DNA from: an uncultured Planctomycetota bacterium
GTDB lineage: Bacteria; Planctomycetota; Planctomycetia; Gemmatales; Gemmataceae
Direction of reading: 5' to 3'
Length of the DNA: 64,000 nucleotides
Assembly: GCA_963849325.1 (NCBI GenBank)
Contig: CAWKHF010000001.1
Coordinates: 96,001-160,000, forward strand
In this document: in pieces, positions 1 to 9,803 of the stretch
How the letters are laid out: the number at the start of each line of letters is the position of its first letter
How positions within the stretch are numbered: position 1 is the stretch's first letter
Notes under the pieces: model-generated
Database searches by the model: none
The model's input: the letters and a program-made list of their open reading frames with translations, nothing else
Told to the model about the DNA's origin: nothing
Translations under genes and position numbers: made by a program

Positions 1-2
1 TC

Positions 3-491
3 GCCACGCCGTTCGACAAGGAACTGGCCGAGATCAACACCGAACTGGCCCGGACAACGCTGGTCTACGGAGCCGGTGAGATGAAGGCGCGCGGTGCGCT
101 CAAGCTGGAGGCTGCCCGCTCGCTGCCCGCCCCCGCCGCCGCCGACCGCGCCGCCAAGGCCGCCAAGGACGGCAAGGCCGCCGCCTACGACCTGCTCGAC
201 GCCGTCAAGGAAGGCAAGGTCGATCTCGACAAGCTCAAGAGGGAAGAACTGCCTGCTCAGATGCAGAAGATGGATCCCAAGGAGCGCAAAGCCTATCTCG
301 ACAAGCTGGACAAGCGACGCGCCGAGCTGAACAAGAAGGCGCTGGAACTCGACAAGAAGCGCGGCGAATACATCAAGGAGGAGTTGGCCAAGAAGGCGAA
401 GAAAGAGGGCAAGGACGGCAAGGACAGCTTCGACAATCAGGTTCTCGAAGCGTTGCGCAAGCAAGCGAAGACGCACGACATCGACTATTAA
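3..491 (+). CDS. C-terminal part of a protein running off the window edge; charged coiled-coil tail resembling planctomycete vWA-domain proteins
   Basis: Open frame from position 3 (ATPFDKELAEINTEL...) to TAA at 489-491 with strong GC3 bias. Confidence 0.6.
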   Translation, partial: ATPFDKELAEINTELARTTLVYGAGEMKARGALKLEAARSLPAPAAADRAAKAAKDGKAAAYDLLDAVKEGKVDLDKLKREELPAQMQKMDPKERKAYLDKLDKRRAELNKKALELDKKRGEYIKEELAKKAKKEGKDGKDSFDNQVLEALRKQAKTHDIDY

Positions 492-512
492 ACGACTCGT
501 CCAATCCTGCCT

Positions 513-585
513 TCTCGTTTAGCCGCGACGCGCAGCGGAGCGCGGGAGAAACCCGCGCTCCGCTGCGCGTCGCGGCTAAACGAGA
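513..585. repeat. REP-like perfect palindrome, family A, copy 1
   Basis: Arm CGTTTAGCCGCGACGCGCAGCGGAGCGCGG, short loop, then its reverse complement. Confidence 0.95.
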
Positions 586-631
586 TACTTGTTGTTGGAC
601 AAACCGCCAGCGGCTTTTCTTTCCCACTCCG

Positions 632-660
632 TTGCAAACCGCGCCGTCCTGCCGTACATT
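632..660 (+). promoter_or_regulatory. sigma70-type promoter
   Basis: TTGCAA-N17-TACATT upstream of ATG 702. Confidence 0.6.
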
Positions 661-701
661 GCGTGCTGCCCGCGAACATCCTACCGAGTGGAGACCTTCT
701 G

Positions 702-1754
702 ATGAAACGGCGCGACTTTCTCAAACGAACGACCGCGGCCGGCGCGGCCGCCCTGGCGGCGAACGCGGCCCCGACGGTCCTCGGCGCCCGCGATAAGAGC
801 GGCACCAAAAACCCCATCATCGGCCACGGCGACTATCGCTACGAGTGCCTCCACGACTGGGGCCAGCTGCCCAAGCACATCCGCTGGCAGACGACTCACG
901 GCGTCACCCTCGACGATGACGGTTTCGTCTACATCAAGCATCAGGGCCACGGCGGCGCGGCCATGGACACCATCGTCGTCTTCGACCCCAAGGGCAAGTA
1001 CGTCCGCTCCTTCGGCAAGGGCTATTACCCCGGTGGTCACGGCATCGACCTCCGCAAGGAGGGCGGCGAGCCGTTCCTCTACCTGAGCGACATCCACAAT
1101 CGGCAGGTAGTCAAGACCACCCTCAAGGGCGAGGAGGTCTGGAAGCTGTGCTACCCCGTGGAGTCCGGCGTCTACGCGCGCGTCAACCAATATCGTCCGA
1201 CCAACGTGGCCTTTGCGCCGGACGGCGGTTTCTACGTCGGCGATGGTTACGGCTCCAATTACATCCATCAGTACGACAAGAACGCCCGGTGGGTCCGCAC
1301 CTGGGGAGGCACCGGCAGCGGCAACGGTCAACTGAAGACGCCGCACGGACTCTGGCTCGATGACCGCCCCGGCCGTCAGCCGTCCCTGGTCGTCGCCGAT
1401 CGCGCCAACGCGCGCTTGCAATACTTCACGCTGGACGGCAGGTATCTCCGCACCATCAAAGACGTGCTATTTCCCGCTCACTTCGACATCCGCGGCGACG
1501 TGTTGCTGGTGCCCGACCTGCACGCGCGCGTTTCGCTGTTCGACAAGGACAACAAGCCGATCGTGCATCTGGGCGACGACCCGGCGTGGCGCAAAAAGGT
1601 GCTGGACGGCTTCAAGGTGCGCGCCAGGCCGGAGGATTGGCTGCCGGGCAAGTTCGTCCATCCGCACGACGCCTGTTTCGACCGCGACGGCAACATCTTC
1701 GTCGTCGAGTGGGTGCAAACCGGCCGCGTCACGCTGCTGCGCCGCGTCGTTTGA
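702..1754 (+). CDS. Tat-exported NHL-repeat beta-propeller, PAL (peptidyl-alpha-hydroxyglycine lyase)-like
   Basis: Twin-arginine signal MKRRDFLK; motifs GHG, DGY, PHG, ADR, PHD. Confidence 0.8.
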   Translation: MKRRDFLKRTTAAGAAALAANAAPTVLGARDKSGTKNPIIGHGDYRYECLHDWGQLPKHIRWQTTHGVTLDDDGFVYIKHQGHGGAAMDTIVVFDPKGKYVRSFGKGYYPGGHGIDLRKEGGEPFLYLSDIHNRQVVKTTLKGEEVWKLCYPVESGVYARVNQYRPTNVAFAPDGGFYVGDGYGSNYIHQYDKNARWVRTWGGTGSGNGQLKTPHGLWLDDRPGRQPSLVVADRANARLQYFTLDGRYLRTIKDVLFPAHFDIRGDVLLVPDLHARVSLFDKDNKPIVHLGDDPAWRKKVLDGFKVRARPEDWLPGKFVHPHDACFDRDGNIFVVEWVQTGRVTLLRRVV

Positions 1755-1813
1755 TGCTCCCGGCAGAGTGTCGAGCTATGTTCACTTGCTCACGTGTGAA
1801 ACAGAAATTTCAT

Positions 1814-1842
1814 TTGCCTGTGGTGGAGACAATGGTTAACCT
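1814..1842 (+). promoter_or_regulatory. sigma70-type promoter
   Basis: TTGCCT-N17-TAACCT upstream of ATG 1915. Confidence 0.5.
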
Positions 1843-1914
1843 TGGGTTATCTCACCACCGTGCCTCTCCTTCGCCCGGGAGAGCGTCTCTCAACCTGTTA
1901 GGGGGGTCTCACCT

Positions 1915-3191
1915 ATGTTGACACTTTGGGGCCAAAGGCAGAAGTTCTGCGACGGATTGTCGCGGCGAAACTTCCTCAAGATCGGCGCCTTCGGCGCCGG
2001 CCTGACCTTGGCCGAGATGCTGCGGCTGCGCGCCGCGAGCCGGCACCGGCTCGTCGAACAAGGCCGCCATCATGATCTACCTGCCGGGGGGCCCGTCGCA
2101 CATGGACATGTACGACCTCAAGCCGGACGCACCCAAGGAATTCCGCGGCGAGTTCAAGCCGATCGCCACCAACGTGCCCGGCGTGCAGATCTGCGAGCAC
2201 TTCCCGCTGCAGGCGAAGATGTGGGACAAGCTGGCCGTGCGTCCGCTCGCTCGTCTCCGTCGATGAGCACTCCGACTCGCTGGTCATGACCGGCTACAGC
2301 GAGAACGACAACCGCACGGCCCATCATCCGTCGTTCGGCGCCGTGATGTCGAAGCTGCGCGGCGGCGCCAACGACATCCCGCCGTTCGTCAGTCTGCGCG
2401 GCATGTCGCGCTCGGCACCGAGCCCGGCTATCTCGGCGTGGCGCATCGGCCGTTCACGCCGGACGGTCCCGGCTTCCAGAACCTGCGCCTGGCCGGCGGC
2501 GTCGATGCTGGCCGCATGGACGACCGCAAATCGCTGCTGTCCAACTTCGACGACGTTCGCCGCGACATCGACGCCAGCGGCACCATGAAGGGCCTCGACT
2601 CGTTCACCGCGCGCGCCTTCGACATGATCGCGTCGGGCAACGTGCGCAAGGCCCTCGACCTGAGCAAGGAGGAGCCGCGCTCGCGCGACCGCTACAAGGG
2701 CATCGAGCAGTTCCTGACGGCTCGCCGTCTGGTCGAGGCCGGCGTCGGCTGCGTCACGCTGTCCATCGGCGGTTGGGACACGCACAGCAGCAACTTCAAG
2801 ACCCTGCGGCGGCAGCTGCCGGAGGTGGACCGCGGCATCGCCAACCTGATCCAGGATCTGCACGACCGCGGCATGGACAAGGACGTGGTGACGGTGATGT
2901 GGGGCGAGTTCGGCCGCACGCCGAAGATCAACAACAGCGACGGCGGCCGCGATCACTGGGCGCCGGTCATGAGCGCCCTGGTGGCCGGCGGCGGCCTCAA
3001 GATGGGCCAGGCCATCGGCACGCACCAACGCCCGCGGCGAGTATCCCAAGGACCGCCGCGTCACCGTGCCGCAGGTGCTCAGCACGATGTATCACGCCAT
3101 GGGCATCGATCCGTCGCAGACGTTCCCCAACGGCAGCGGCCGGCCGATGTACATCCTCGACGACCGCGAGCCGGTCAGCGAATTGATCTGA
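1915..3191 (+). CDS. DUF1501-family Tat-exported protein (split by several frameshifts, probably sequencing errors)
   Basis: [37 protein letters not shown] and GRDHW spread over successive frames. Confidence 0.85.
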
Positions 3192-3195
3192 GAGG

Positions 3196-3309
3196 AGGGA
3201 ATAGGGAATAGGGAATAGGGAATAGGGAAGAGACTTTTTCTCTCTTTCCTATTCCCTATTCCCTATTCCCTATTCCCTATTCCCTATTCCCTATTCCCTA
3301 TTCCCTATT
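3196..3309. repeat. Inverted heptamer array (AGGGAAT)x4-5 / spacer / (ATTCCCT)x8
   Basis: Read directly; lies between convergent genes. Confidence 0.95.
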
Positions 3310-3315
3310 TCTTCA

Positions 3316-4482
3316 TCAACGTCGGCCGCTGGCGCCATAGCGCAGGTTCAGGTAAATAAAGACGTTGGCCACAATCCAGTAGGTGAGCATCGGACCGCAG
3401 GCCAGCCCCAGCAGGACGGCACGCATTCCGTCGGCCACCTCGTGCAGCTCTTGGGGTGGACAGAACGTCGGCAGGAACAACGGGGCGATCAGCAGCAGAA
3501 ACGGCGCGGTCGCCAACATGCCCAGTCCCACGGCCATCGTCTGATATAAAAATACCCGGCCGAGGTGCTGTCGCAGCAAGGCCAACCATCGCCGCAGGCC
3601 GTGTCGGAGCGAGCACTCCTCTACCACCAAGACCGACGGCATCAGCCACCAGAAGAAGAAGAGGGGCCACAAGAACGCCTCCAGGACCATGCCCAGGGCC
3701 AGGGCGGTCCCCGCGACGGTCTGCCGGATCGCGGTCTGCGAACCCTCGGGACCGGGTCCGAGCCAGTACGGCAGCCAGCGCAGGAGCACGATCAGCCCCC
3801 AGGTCGAACCGCGGACGATCACCTGCGTCAGGATCAACCGGATGGTCAGCGGGACGATGTGGGACAGCCCCTCGCGCCAGCGGGCCGGACGCAGCCGGGC
3901 CAGTTCGATGTAGGTCAACTGCGTCAGCAGCGCCGTCAGGAAATCGAGCACAATCATCGCCGCTCCGGCCAGGCACCAGGCCGGCACCAGCCGGCGACTG
4001 TCCGTCTCGAACCAGGCGGCGCGCTCGGCGGCGAGCAGAACGCCCAGGAAGAGGCCGGCCCCGAAGCCGAGCAGGATTTTCTTGGCGACGAGCGTGCTGT
4101 CGAGGGCGGCCAACAACTCCTCGACGTGGCCGCGCACACCGACGAGGTGCGGCCGAGACGAGTCCAGACGCGAACCGACGGTGGCGGAGTGTTCGACGGC
4201 GGGGTGGTTCGCCGCCTCGCCGCGACGGCCGGGCTTATGGCGGCGCGACTCCGGCGACGGGACCGGCTCGGGCGGCGGAGGCGAGGCCGAATGCTGCCCG
4301 ACCAGATCGGCGAACTCTTGCGTCCATTCCAGTGACACCCACTCGTCACTGGGTGCGCGGCGCACCGTACTGCCGAGCGGGATGTGTCCGGCGTCCACCT
4401 CGTGACGCAGGATCGCCGTGCTGGCGGCGCGGAGGATGCGCCCGTCGGGAAAGCGGACGTACCAGAAATCGGCCTGGCTCAT
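3316..4482 (-). CDS. Membrane protein with N-terminal GYF_2-like domain
   Basis: WYVRFPDG...EWV-type N-terminus followed by several hydrophobic helices. Confidence 0.65.
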   Translation of the reverse strand: MSQADFWYVRFPDGRILRAASTAILRHEVDAGHIPLGSTVRRAPSDEWVSLEWTQEFADLVGQHSASPPPPEPVPSPESRRHKPGRRGEAANHPAVEHSATVGSRLDSSRPHLVGVRGHVEELLAALDSTLVAKKILLGFGAGLFLGVLLAAERAAWFETDSRRLVPAWCLAGAAMIVLDFLTALLTQLTYIELARLRPARWREGLSHIVPLTIRLILTQVIVRGSTWGLIVLLRWLPYWLGPGPEGSQTAIRQTVAGTALALGMVLEAFLWPLFFFWWLMPSVLVVEECSLRHGLRRWLALLRQHLGRVFLYQTMAVGLGMLATAPFLLLIAPLFLPTFCPPQELHEVADGMRAVLLGLACGPMLTYWIVANVFIYLNLRYGASGRR

Positions 4483-4679
4483 GGGACAACCGGGATAACG
4501 TCTCGGGCGGAAGCACTCTCCGCGAGGGAAGACGCTGTTCTTCCACCTTACGGCGGACGCCGCCCGTGCGCCAAGCGGCAACTGCGCCGATTACCCGGAA
4601 AAAACGCCGATCGCACGGCACGAGCCGCTTGCAGTCCGCAGGGCAGAGGGATAGGCTAAAGGAACCTGGAGATGTACCC

Positions 4680-5243
4680 ATGCGACGTATCCCTCGTTGT
4701 TGCGCTGTCCTGGTCTTGTTCGGTGCGGCCGTCTGTTCGGCGGAGGAGCCGTGCCAGTCGGGGCCGAAGCCAGGCCAGCGTCCGGGTCCGTATTCGTCCC
4801 TCGTCTCGGTGGGTCCGCAGCGCGGCCAGCCACACTGCTTCATCTGCGAGACGGCCGATCGGCCCGCCGTCATCGTCTTCGCCCGCACGCTCGGCGAACC
4901 GCTCGGCAAGCTCGTCCGCGGACTGGACAAGGCGCTGGTCGATCACAAGGACGCCGAACTGCGTGCCTGGGTGACGTTTCTGAGCCGCGATCAGACCGCC
5001 TTCGATCCGAAGGTCGTCGAGTGGAGCAAGAAGCAGGCCCTGCGCAACGTACCGCTGGCCGTGTTCGAGGACGTAGTCGGGCCGCCGAGCTACTTGCTGG
5101 GCCGTGATGCCGACGTGACGGTGCTGCTCGCGGTCAAGCAGAAGGTCGTCCGCAACTTCGCTTTCCGCGCCGGGGAGCTGAACGACGAACGAATCGCCGA
5201 AATCCTCAAGGCAGTACCGGAAATCACGAAGTCATCAAAGTAA
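4680..5243 (+). CDS. Exported hypothetical protein, possibly thioredoxin-like fold
   Basis: Signal peptide MRRIPRCCAVLVLFGAAVCSA; CFIC motif; GGAG RBS. Confidence 0.7.
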   Translation: MRRIPRCCAVLVLFGAAVCSAEEPCQSGPKPGQRPGPYSSLVSVGPQRGQPHCFICETADRPAVIVFARTLGEPLGKLVRGLDKALVDHKDAELRAWVTFLSRDQTAFDPKVVEWSKKQALRNVPLAVFEDVVGPPSYLLGRDADVTVLLAVKQKVVRNFAFRAGELNDERIAEILKAVPEITKSSK

Positions 5244-5244
5244 T

Positions 5245-5309
5245 GGCGAACGGCCGGCGTCAGCCGGCTGGTGTGTACCAAACCAGCCGGCTGACGCCGG
5301 CCGTTCGCC
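5245..5309. repeat. REP-like palindrome (GGCGAACGGCCGGCGTCAGCCGGCTGGT arm)
   Basis: Perfect 28-bp inverted arms between convergent genes. Confidence 0.85.
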
Positions 5310-5315
5310 CCTTCG

Positions 5316-6963
5316 CTATCGTACGCGGGCCTGGAAACGAACGACGCCGCTGGTCCCCGGCATCAACCGGCCGCTGATTTCCCAGCGCAGAATGACGGAG
5401 CCGGCCTCGTTGGCCTGCGTCGTGAACACCGCCGGGCGGTCGGACTGGGCGCTGCCGGGAACATACTCCAGGCGCGTCGTCAGACTGTCGGTGACGGCCA
5501 CGTCCGTGATCGGTCGGCCGCCGTGGTTGCTGTATTTCAAGAGGAACGTCACAACGTCGCCGACGTTGGCGGCGTGACGATCGGCGCACTTGATCAGGAC
5601 GAGCGGCTTGTCCGGCGGGCAGGGCGTCTCGTTGCAACAAACCGTCAGGTCGCGCGTCTCCACCTCGGCCCGGACAACCTGTGGCCCCGCCTCGACGCGA
5701 CCGACCACCGCCGTGCCGACCACCTGCTCCGTCCCCTGCACGTTGACGCGGTTACTCAACTGACGCGCCAGCTCCATTTGTTTCGCCAGCCGCGCGCGTT
5801 CGACCTCGCTGAGGGTCCGCACGGCCTTCGTGTCCAGCAGGGCAATCGGCCCGAGCGGGACGTCCATCGCATCGAGCACTTCCAGGTGGATCAAGCCGCC
5901 GGTGCCCGTGACGGCTTCGTTGACGCTCGGCCGGGCCCGGCCGTGCGCTCCCTGGAGTTGCTCGTATTTGCGTGCCTGCAACGGGGGCGTGAGTACGTCG
6001 AGGCGTTCGTGGAATTGCACGCGGCGAGCGTCGTTGACGGCCTGGACGCTGTCATATCGGCTTAGCGGCGTCTGACCGCGCAACACGGCATAGCGCGGCA
6101 CGCACAGGCAGACGCGATTGGAGTGCGTGACGTGGCGTCGGCCGTGGCTGTCGGTGTACTCGGCGACGGTGTCCTCCGGCTCGACGCCGGCCAACCGGCC
6201 GTCGGCGTCGAAGCCGGCGCGGTTGCCCTGGTCGCCGCCGTCGTGCAGGCACTCCTCTTCGGGCGGTTTCGGGCCGTACCGTGGATCGAAAAACGGCCGG
6301 CAATCCCAGAGCAGGCAGGGCGGTCGAGCCGCCAGCAGAATCACCTTCTCGCCGGGATGCAAGATCGTGCCCGGCACCGACGATTGAGCCAGTTCCTCGT
6401 CGGACACCAGCAGACGGCCGCCCATGCGGATGACGAGCATGGGCCGGCCGCGGTCGCGCGCCTCGGCCAGCAAATTCCGGCCGGGCGGCAGGTCGGTCTC
6501 GGTCGGCAGGTCGGGCGATGTCGTGGTCGGCAGCGCGTGGTCGGGGTGCTCCAGGTATACCACCTTGGTAATCAGGTTGCCGGCCAGGACGCTTTCGACG
6601 TCGTCGTCGGTCAGCACGACAGGAGCAGGATAGGCGGAGGCGTTCAGCCGCGGCGGCAGATTCAAACTGCCGCGTACTTCCAGCGTCGGATAGATGCTGA
6701 CGCCGGGACGGCCCGGCAGGTGGCTGAGCTGCACGCGGTAGAAATAGCCCGGCCTCATACCGACGGCCACCGGGGCGTCGAAGGCCCGGCCGCGCGACTG
6801 CCCCTGGTAGAAGGTCGCCCGCAGGCCCGGCGGGCCGAGGAAGCGGACGAACAGCAGCGGCGAGGGGCCGCGCCCCGGCAGGGGCGGGACCATCTGAGCG
6901 ACCGCCGGCGCCGCCACGGCGGCCAGCAGCACGAGCAGCCAGCTTGAGATGACGGAGGTTCAT
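5316..6963 (-). CDS. Exported protein with C-terminal DUF11 domain and Cys-containing segments (probable frameshift in the signal peptide)
   Basis: GDVVTFLLKYSN...VTDSLTTRLEYVPGS...RFQARVR DUF11 signature; signal peptide. Confidence 0.8.
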
Positions 6964-6995
6964 GCGGAGATCCGAGGGTAGGTATCATCGGCCAG

Positions 6996-7065
6996 TCCGT
7001 TTAGCCGCGACGCGCAGCGGAGCGCGGGGCTTACCGCGCTCCGCTGCGCGTCGCGGCTAAACGGA
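6996..7065. repeat. REP-like palindrome, family A, copy 2
   Basis: Same arm as 513-585. Confidence 0.95.
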
Positions 7066-7084
7066 GTTATGGTTCCACAAACGC

Positions 7085-8590
7085 TTAGCGTGCGCCGGGC
7101 GCGGGTCGGGAGTCCGACGGTCCCCAGCTGGTGAGCTGGCCGGCCAACTCGGCCAGGGTCGGCCGGCGTCGGGGCGTCTGCTGCGTTTGCTTCTGCGACT
7201 CGACCGGCGGCGCGAAGGGGCTATACTGCGCCTGCTGCACATTGCCGGGCGGCGGAATGGCCGCGCCCAGTGGCGTGCCCGGCTGACCGGGGAAAGGCGC
7301 GCCTACCGGGGACGTGTTCGGCGGAACCGGCATCTGCGGCCCGGACGCGCCCGGCACCGGCGGCAACATCTGGCCCGGTGGCACCAGGTTCGGATTCGGC
7401 GCCTCCGGCAGCGGCATCTGACCGTTCACCACCCCGTAGGGCACCATCGGCGGACGCGGCGGCAGACCCGGTCCCATCTGTCCCATCTGCATGGGCATGC
7501 CTGGCGCGGCCGGCATACCCGGCGGCATCTGTCCCGGCGGATGCACCGCCTGCTGCTGGAATGGGTTGGGCGCCTCCATCGACGGCGTATTCGGCGCCTC
7601 CAGGTCGATATTGCCCAGCCGGATCACCAGCAGGATGCTGCCGCGCCGCTTGGCCTCGACGATCGGATCGACGCCCGGCTCCAGCCGCGACGACACCACC
7701 TCGTCCGGTCCCGTCGCCGCCAGATCCTGGAATTGCGGATCGGGCAGGTAGATGACCTTGACCACGAAATTGCCCGCCGCCACCTGCTCGAAGTCCTCCT
7801 CGGTGAAGGCGACCGGCACGGCACTGTGGGCCAGGAACGTGCACGTCTTGGCCTTGGACGGCACCACTTCCAGGGTCGGATACAGCTCGACGCCCGGCCG
7901 ATTGGGAATGTCGCTCAGCTTGAGGCGATAGATCGACGCTTGCAGGAAGTTGTAGCGTGCCGGCGCTTCGAGGAACTGCGGCCCGAAGCCGCCGCGGCCG
8001 TCGGCGGTCGGTCCATACCAGGCGATCTTCATGCCGGCCGGGCCGACGAAGCGCACCTCGGTGCGCTGAATGGGAAAAGGCGCGGCCACGCCGCCAGTGA
8101 GGGCGCCGACGGCGGCGACGGCCCCCGGCGGACGCATGCCCGGCGGCAAAACGCCCGGCGGCATGCCGGCGATGCCCGGCGGCGAGATCAGTTGTCCCGG
8201 CGGCATCAGGCCCGGCGGCATCGGACCACCGGCCCCCGGCATGGGGCAGGCGCCGCCGGCGCACTGTCCGCCGACCGGCACGATCGGCAAAGCGCTATCC
8301 TTGAAGTAGCCGCTCTGCTGGACCAACTCCAGCGGCATGCTCTGCGCCAGCATGGCGCGAGCGGCATCCGTCCCGTTGGGCGGCTTGACGTTGTACGGCG
8401 CCGCCATCGCCACGGGTTGACCCCACGGGCCTTGCACCGTCGCCACCTCCGGCATCGACTGCGGACCCCAATGGACGCCGTCGGGCGCCTCCTTGTTCCA
8501 GTACTGGCTCATGAAAGGCCCGCCCAGCGCCGAGGCCGCGCCGCCGCCCAGCACGGCCAGGAGCAGCAGGATCGCCCGGGTTCGCTTCAT
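7085..8590 (-). CDS. Exported Pro/Gly/Met-rich protein with a central globular domain paralogous to the N-terminus of the downstream DUF11 protein
   Basis: Signal peptide; shared motifs RPG.x.YPTLEV and KV.YL; GGGGGAAG RBS. Confidence 0.8.
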   Translation of the reverse strand: MKRTRAILLLLAVLGGGAASALGGPFMSQYWNKEAPDGVHWGPQSMPEVATVQGPWGQPVAMAAPYNVKPPNGTDAARAMLAQSMPLELVQQSGYFKDSALPIVPVGGQCAGGACPMPGAGGPMPPGLMPPGQLISPPGIAGMPPGVLPPGMRPPGAVAAVGALTGGVAAPFPIQRTEVRFVGPAGMKIAWYGPTADGRGGFGPQFLEAPARYNFLQASIYRLKLSDIPNRPGVELYPTLEVVPSKAKTCTFLAHSAVPVAFTEEDFEQVAAGNFVVKVIYLPDPQFQDLAATGPDEVVSSRLEPGVDPIVEAKRRGSILLVIRLGNIDLEAPNTPSMEAPNPFQQQAVHPPGQMPPGMPAAPGMPMQMGQMGPGLPPRPPMVPYGVVNGQMPLPEAPNPNLVPPGQMLPPVPGASGPQMPVPPNTSPVGAPFPGQPGTPLGAAIPPPGNVQQAQYSPFAPPVESQKQTQQTPRRRPTLAELAGQLTSWGPSDSRPAPGAR

Positions 8591-8636
8591 ACTTCCCCCC
8601 TAGTTACGGTTAGCCTGTTCCGGCGAACGGTTTCCC

Positions 8637-8695
8637 ACCAGCCCGGAGCGCTAGCGACGGGTTGCTACAACCCGTCGCTAGCGCTCCGAGCTAGT
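8637..8695. repeat. REP-like palindrome (AGCCCGGAGCGCTAGCGACGGG arm)
   Basis: Near-perfect inverted repeat related to 28580-28637. Confidence 0.85.
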
Positions 8696-8819
8696 AGGTC
8701 ATCGGCGCACCCCGAGGGCGACGCGCAGTGTCCAGTTCGTCTTTTGTCTTTCCCCTCCTGTGGGTATAAGTCGGCCCGCCGTGCGGATGATCTTTCGTCA
8801 AACCCGGAAGGCTTTACCC

Positions 8820-9788
8820 ATGTGGATGTACCGATTCCTTCTGGCGATTCTCGGCGGCAGCTGCCTGGTGGTCCTGTCGGCCACGTTGACGCGGACGGCG
8901 GCTTCCCTGGCTCCCGTCGCTTCCGCGGCCGTCGCCGCTCCCGCCGCTGCCGAACTTCCCGCGATTTCGCCCGCTCCCGATCCACGGCCGGACCCCGAGG
9001 CCGAGCGCGGCATGGAGCGGGCCATCGAGGCGCTCAAGGGCGATCGCTTCGTCTGGCAGGAGATGGCGATCTGGCAAAAGGTCCAGCTGCCCGGTTACGC
9101 CTACGAGGCGGACGGATGCTACCGGATGGCGCCGGGACAGCGCTTCCGCCTGGAGATGCACACCCACCTGGGCGAGTCCGAGGGCACGATGCTGATGGTC
9201 AGCGATGGCCGCGATTTGTGGCAGGCCGTCCGTTCCGGCGAGGGACCGTGGGAGAACGTCACGCGCCTGAACCTGTCGGAAGTGTTCGCCGTTATGAATG
9301 GCCCATCGGGACCGCGGCTGCGCGACGAGTTCCTGCAACGGCCGCATTTCCAGGGCATGGCGCCGCTGGTACGCAACCTCCGCCATTGCCTGGTATGGGC
9401 GCGGATCGAGACGATCGAACGCCCTGCCGGCGGGCAGATTCACTTGGTCGGCGTCTGGTCGAAGGAGGACGCGATCCGGCACGCGCCGGCGGGCGAGGCG
9501 TGGCCGGCCGGCTTGCCGCGTCAGTGTCATCTGTACCTCGACGCGCGCACGCACTGGCCGCAGCGCGTCGAGTGGTGGGGTCCTCACGCCGCCGCGGGCG
9601 CCGACCGCTTGCTGGTGCAGATGGAGTTCCGTAATCCCGTCTTCGACCGTCCCTTGTCGGCGGAGGCGTGCGAACGTCTGTTCGCCTTCCAGCCCGGCGA
9701 CGCCGAGGTCGAGGACGAAACCGCGAGCGTGACCGCCGACCTGACCAACCGTGCCCGCGAGCTGGCGGCCCAAACGGCGACGCATTAG
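8820..9788 (+). CDS. Exported hypothetical protein, possibly LolA/LppX-like fold
   Basis: N-terminal hydrophobic segment; VSDGRDLW and LYLDARTHWPQRVE patterns resemble LolA-like proteins. Confidence 0.6.
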   Translation: MWMYRFLLAILGGSCLVVLSATLTRTAASLAPVASAAVAAPAAAELPAISPAPDPRPDPEAERGMERAIEALKGDRFVWQEMAIWQKVQLPGYAYEADGCYRMAPGQRFRLEMHTHLGESEGTMLMVSDGRDLWQAVRSGEGPWENVTRLNLSEVFAVMNGPSGPRLRDEFLQRPHFQGMAPLVRNLRHCLVWARIETIERPAGGQIHLVGVWSKEDAIRHAPAGEAWPAGLPRQCHLYLDARTHWPQRVEWWGPHAAAGADRLLVQMEFRNPVFDRPLSAEACERLFAFQPGDAEVEDETASVTADLTNRARELAAQTATH

Positions 9789-9803
9789 AAGGTCCAACAA
9801 AAT

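Noticed and set aside
7187-9634. Long alternative-frame ORFs (815 aa here, 877 aa at 29115-31748, 628 aa at 51050-52936, 602 aa at 57492-59300)
   Set aside because: They are antisense or off-frame shadows of real genes in high-GC DNA, with no recognisable motifs.
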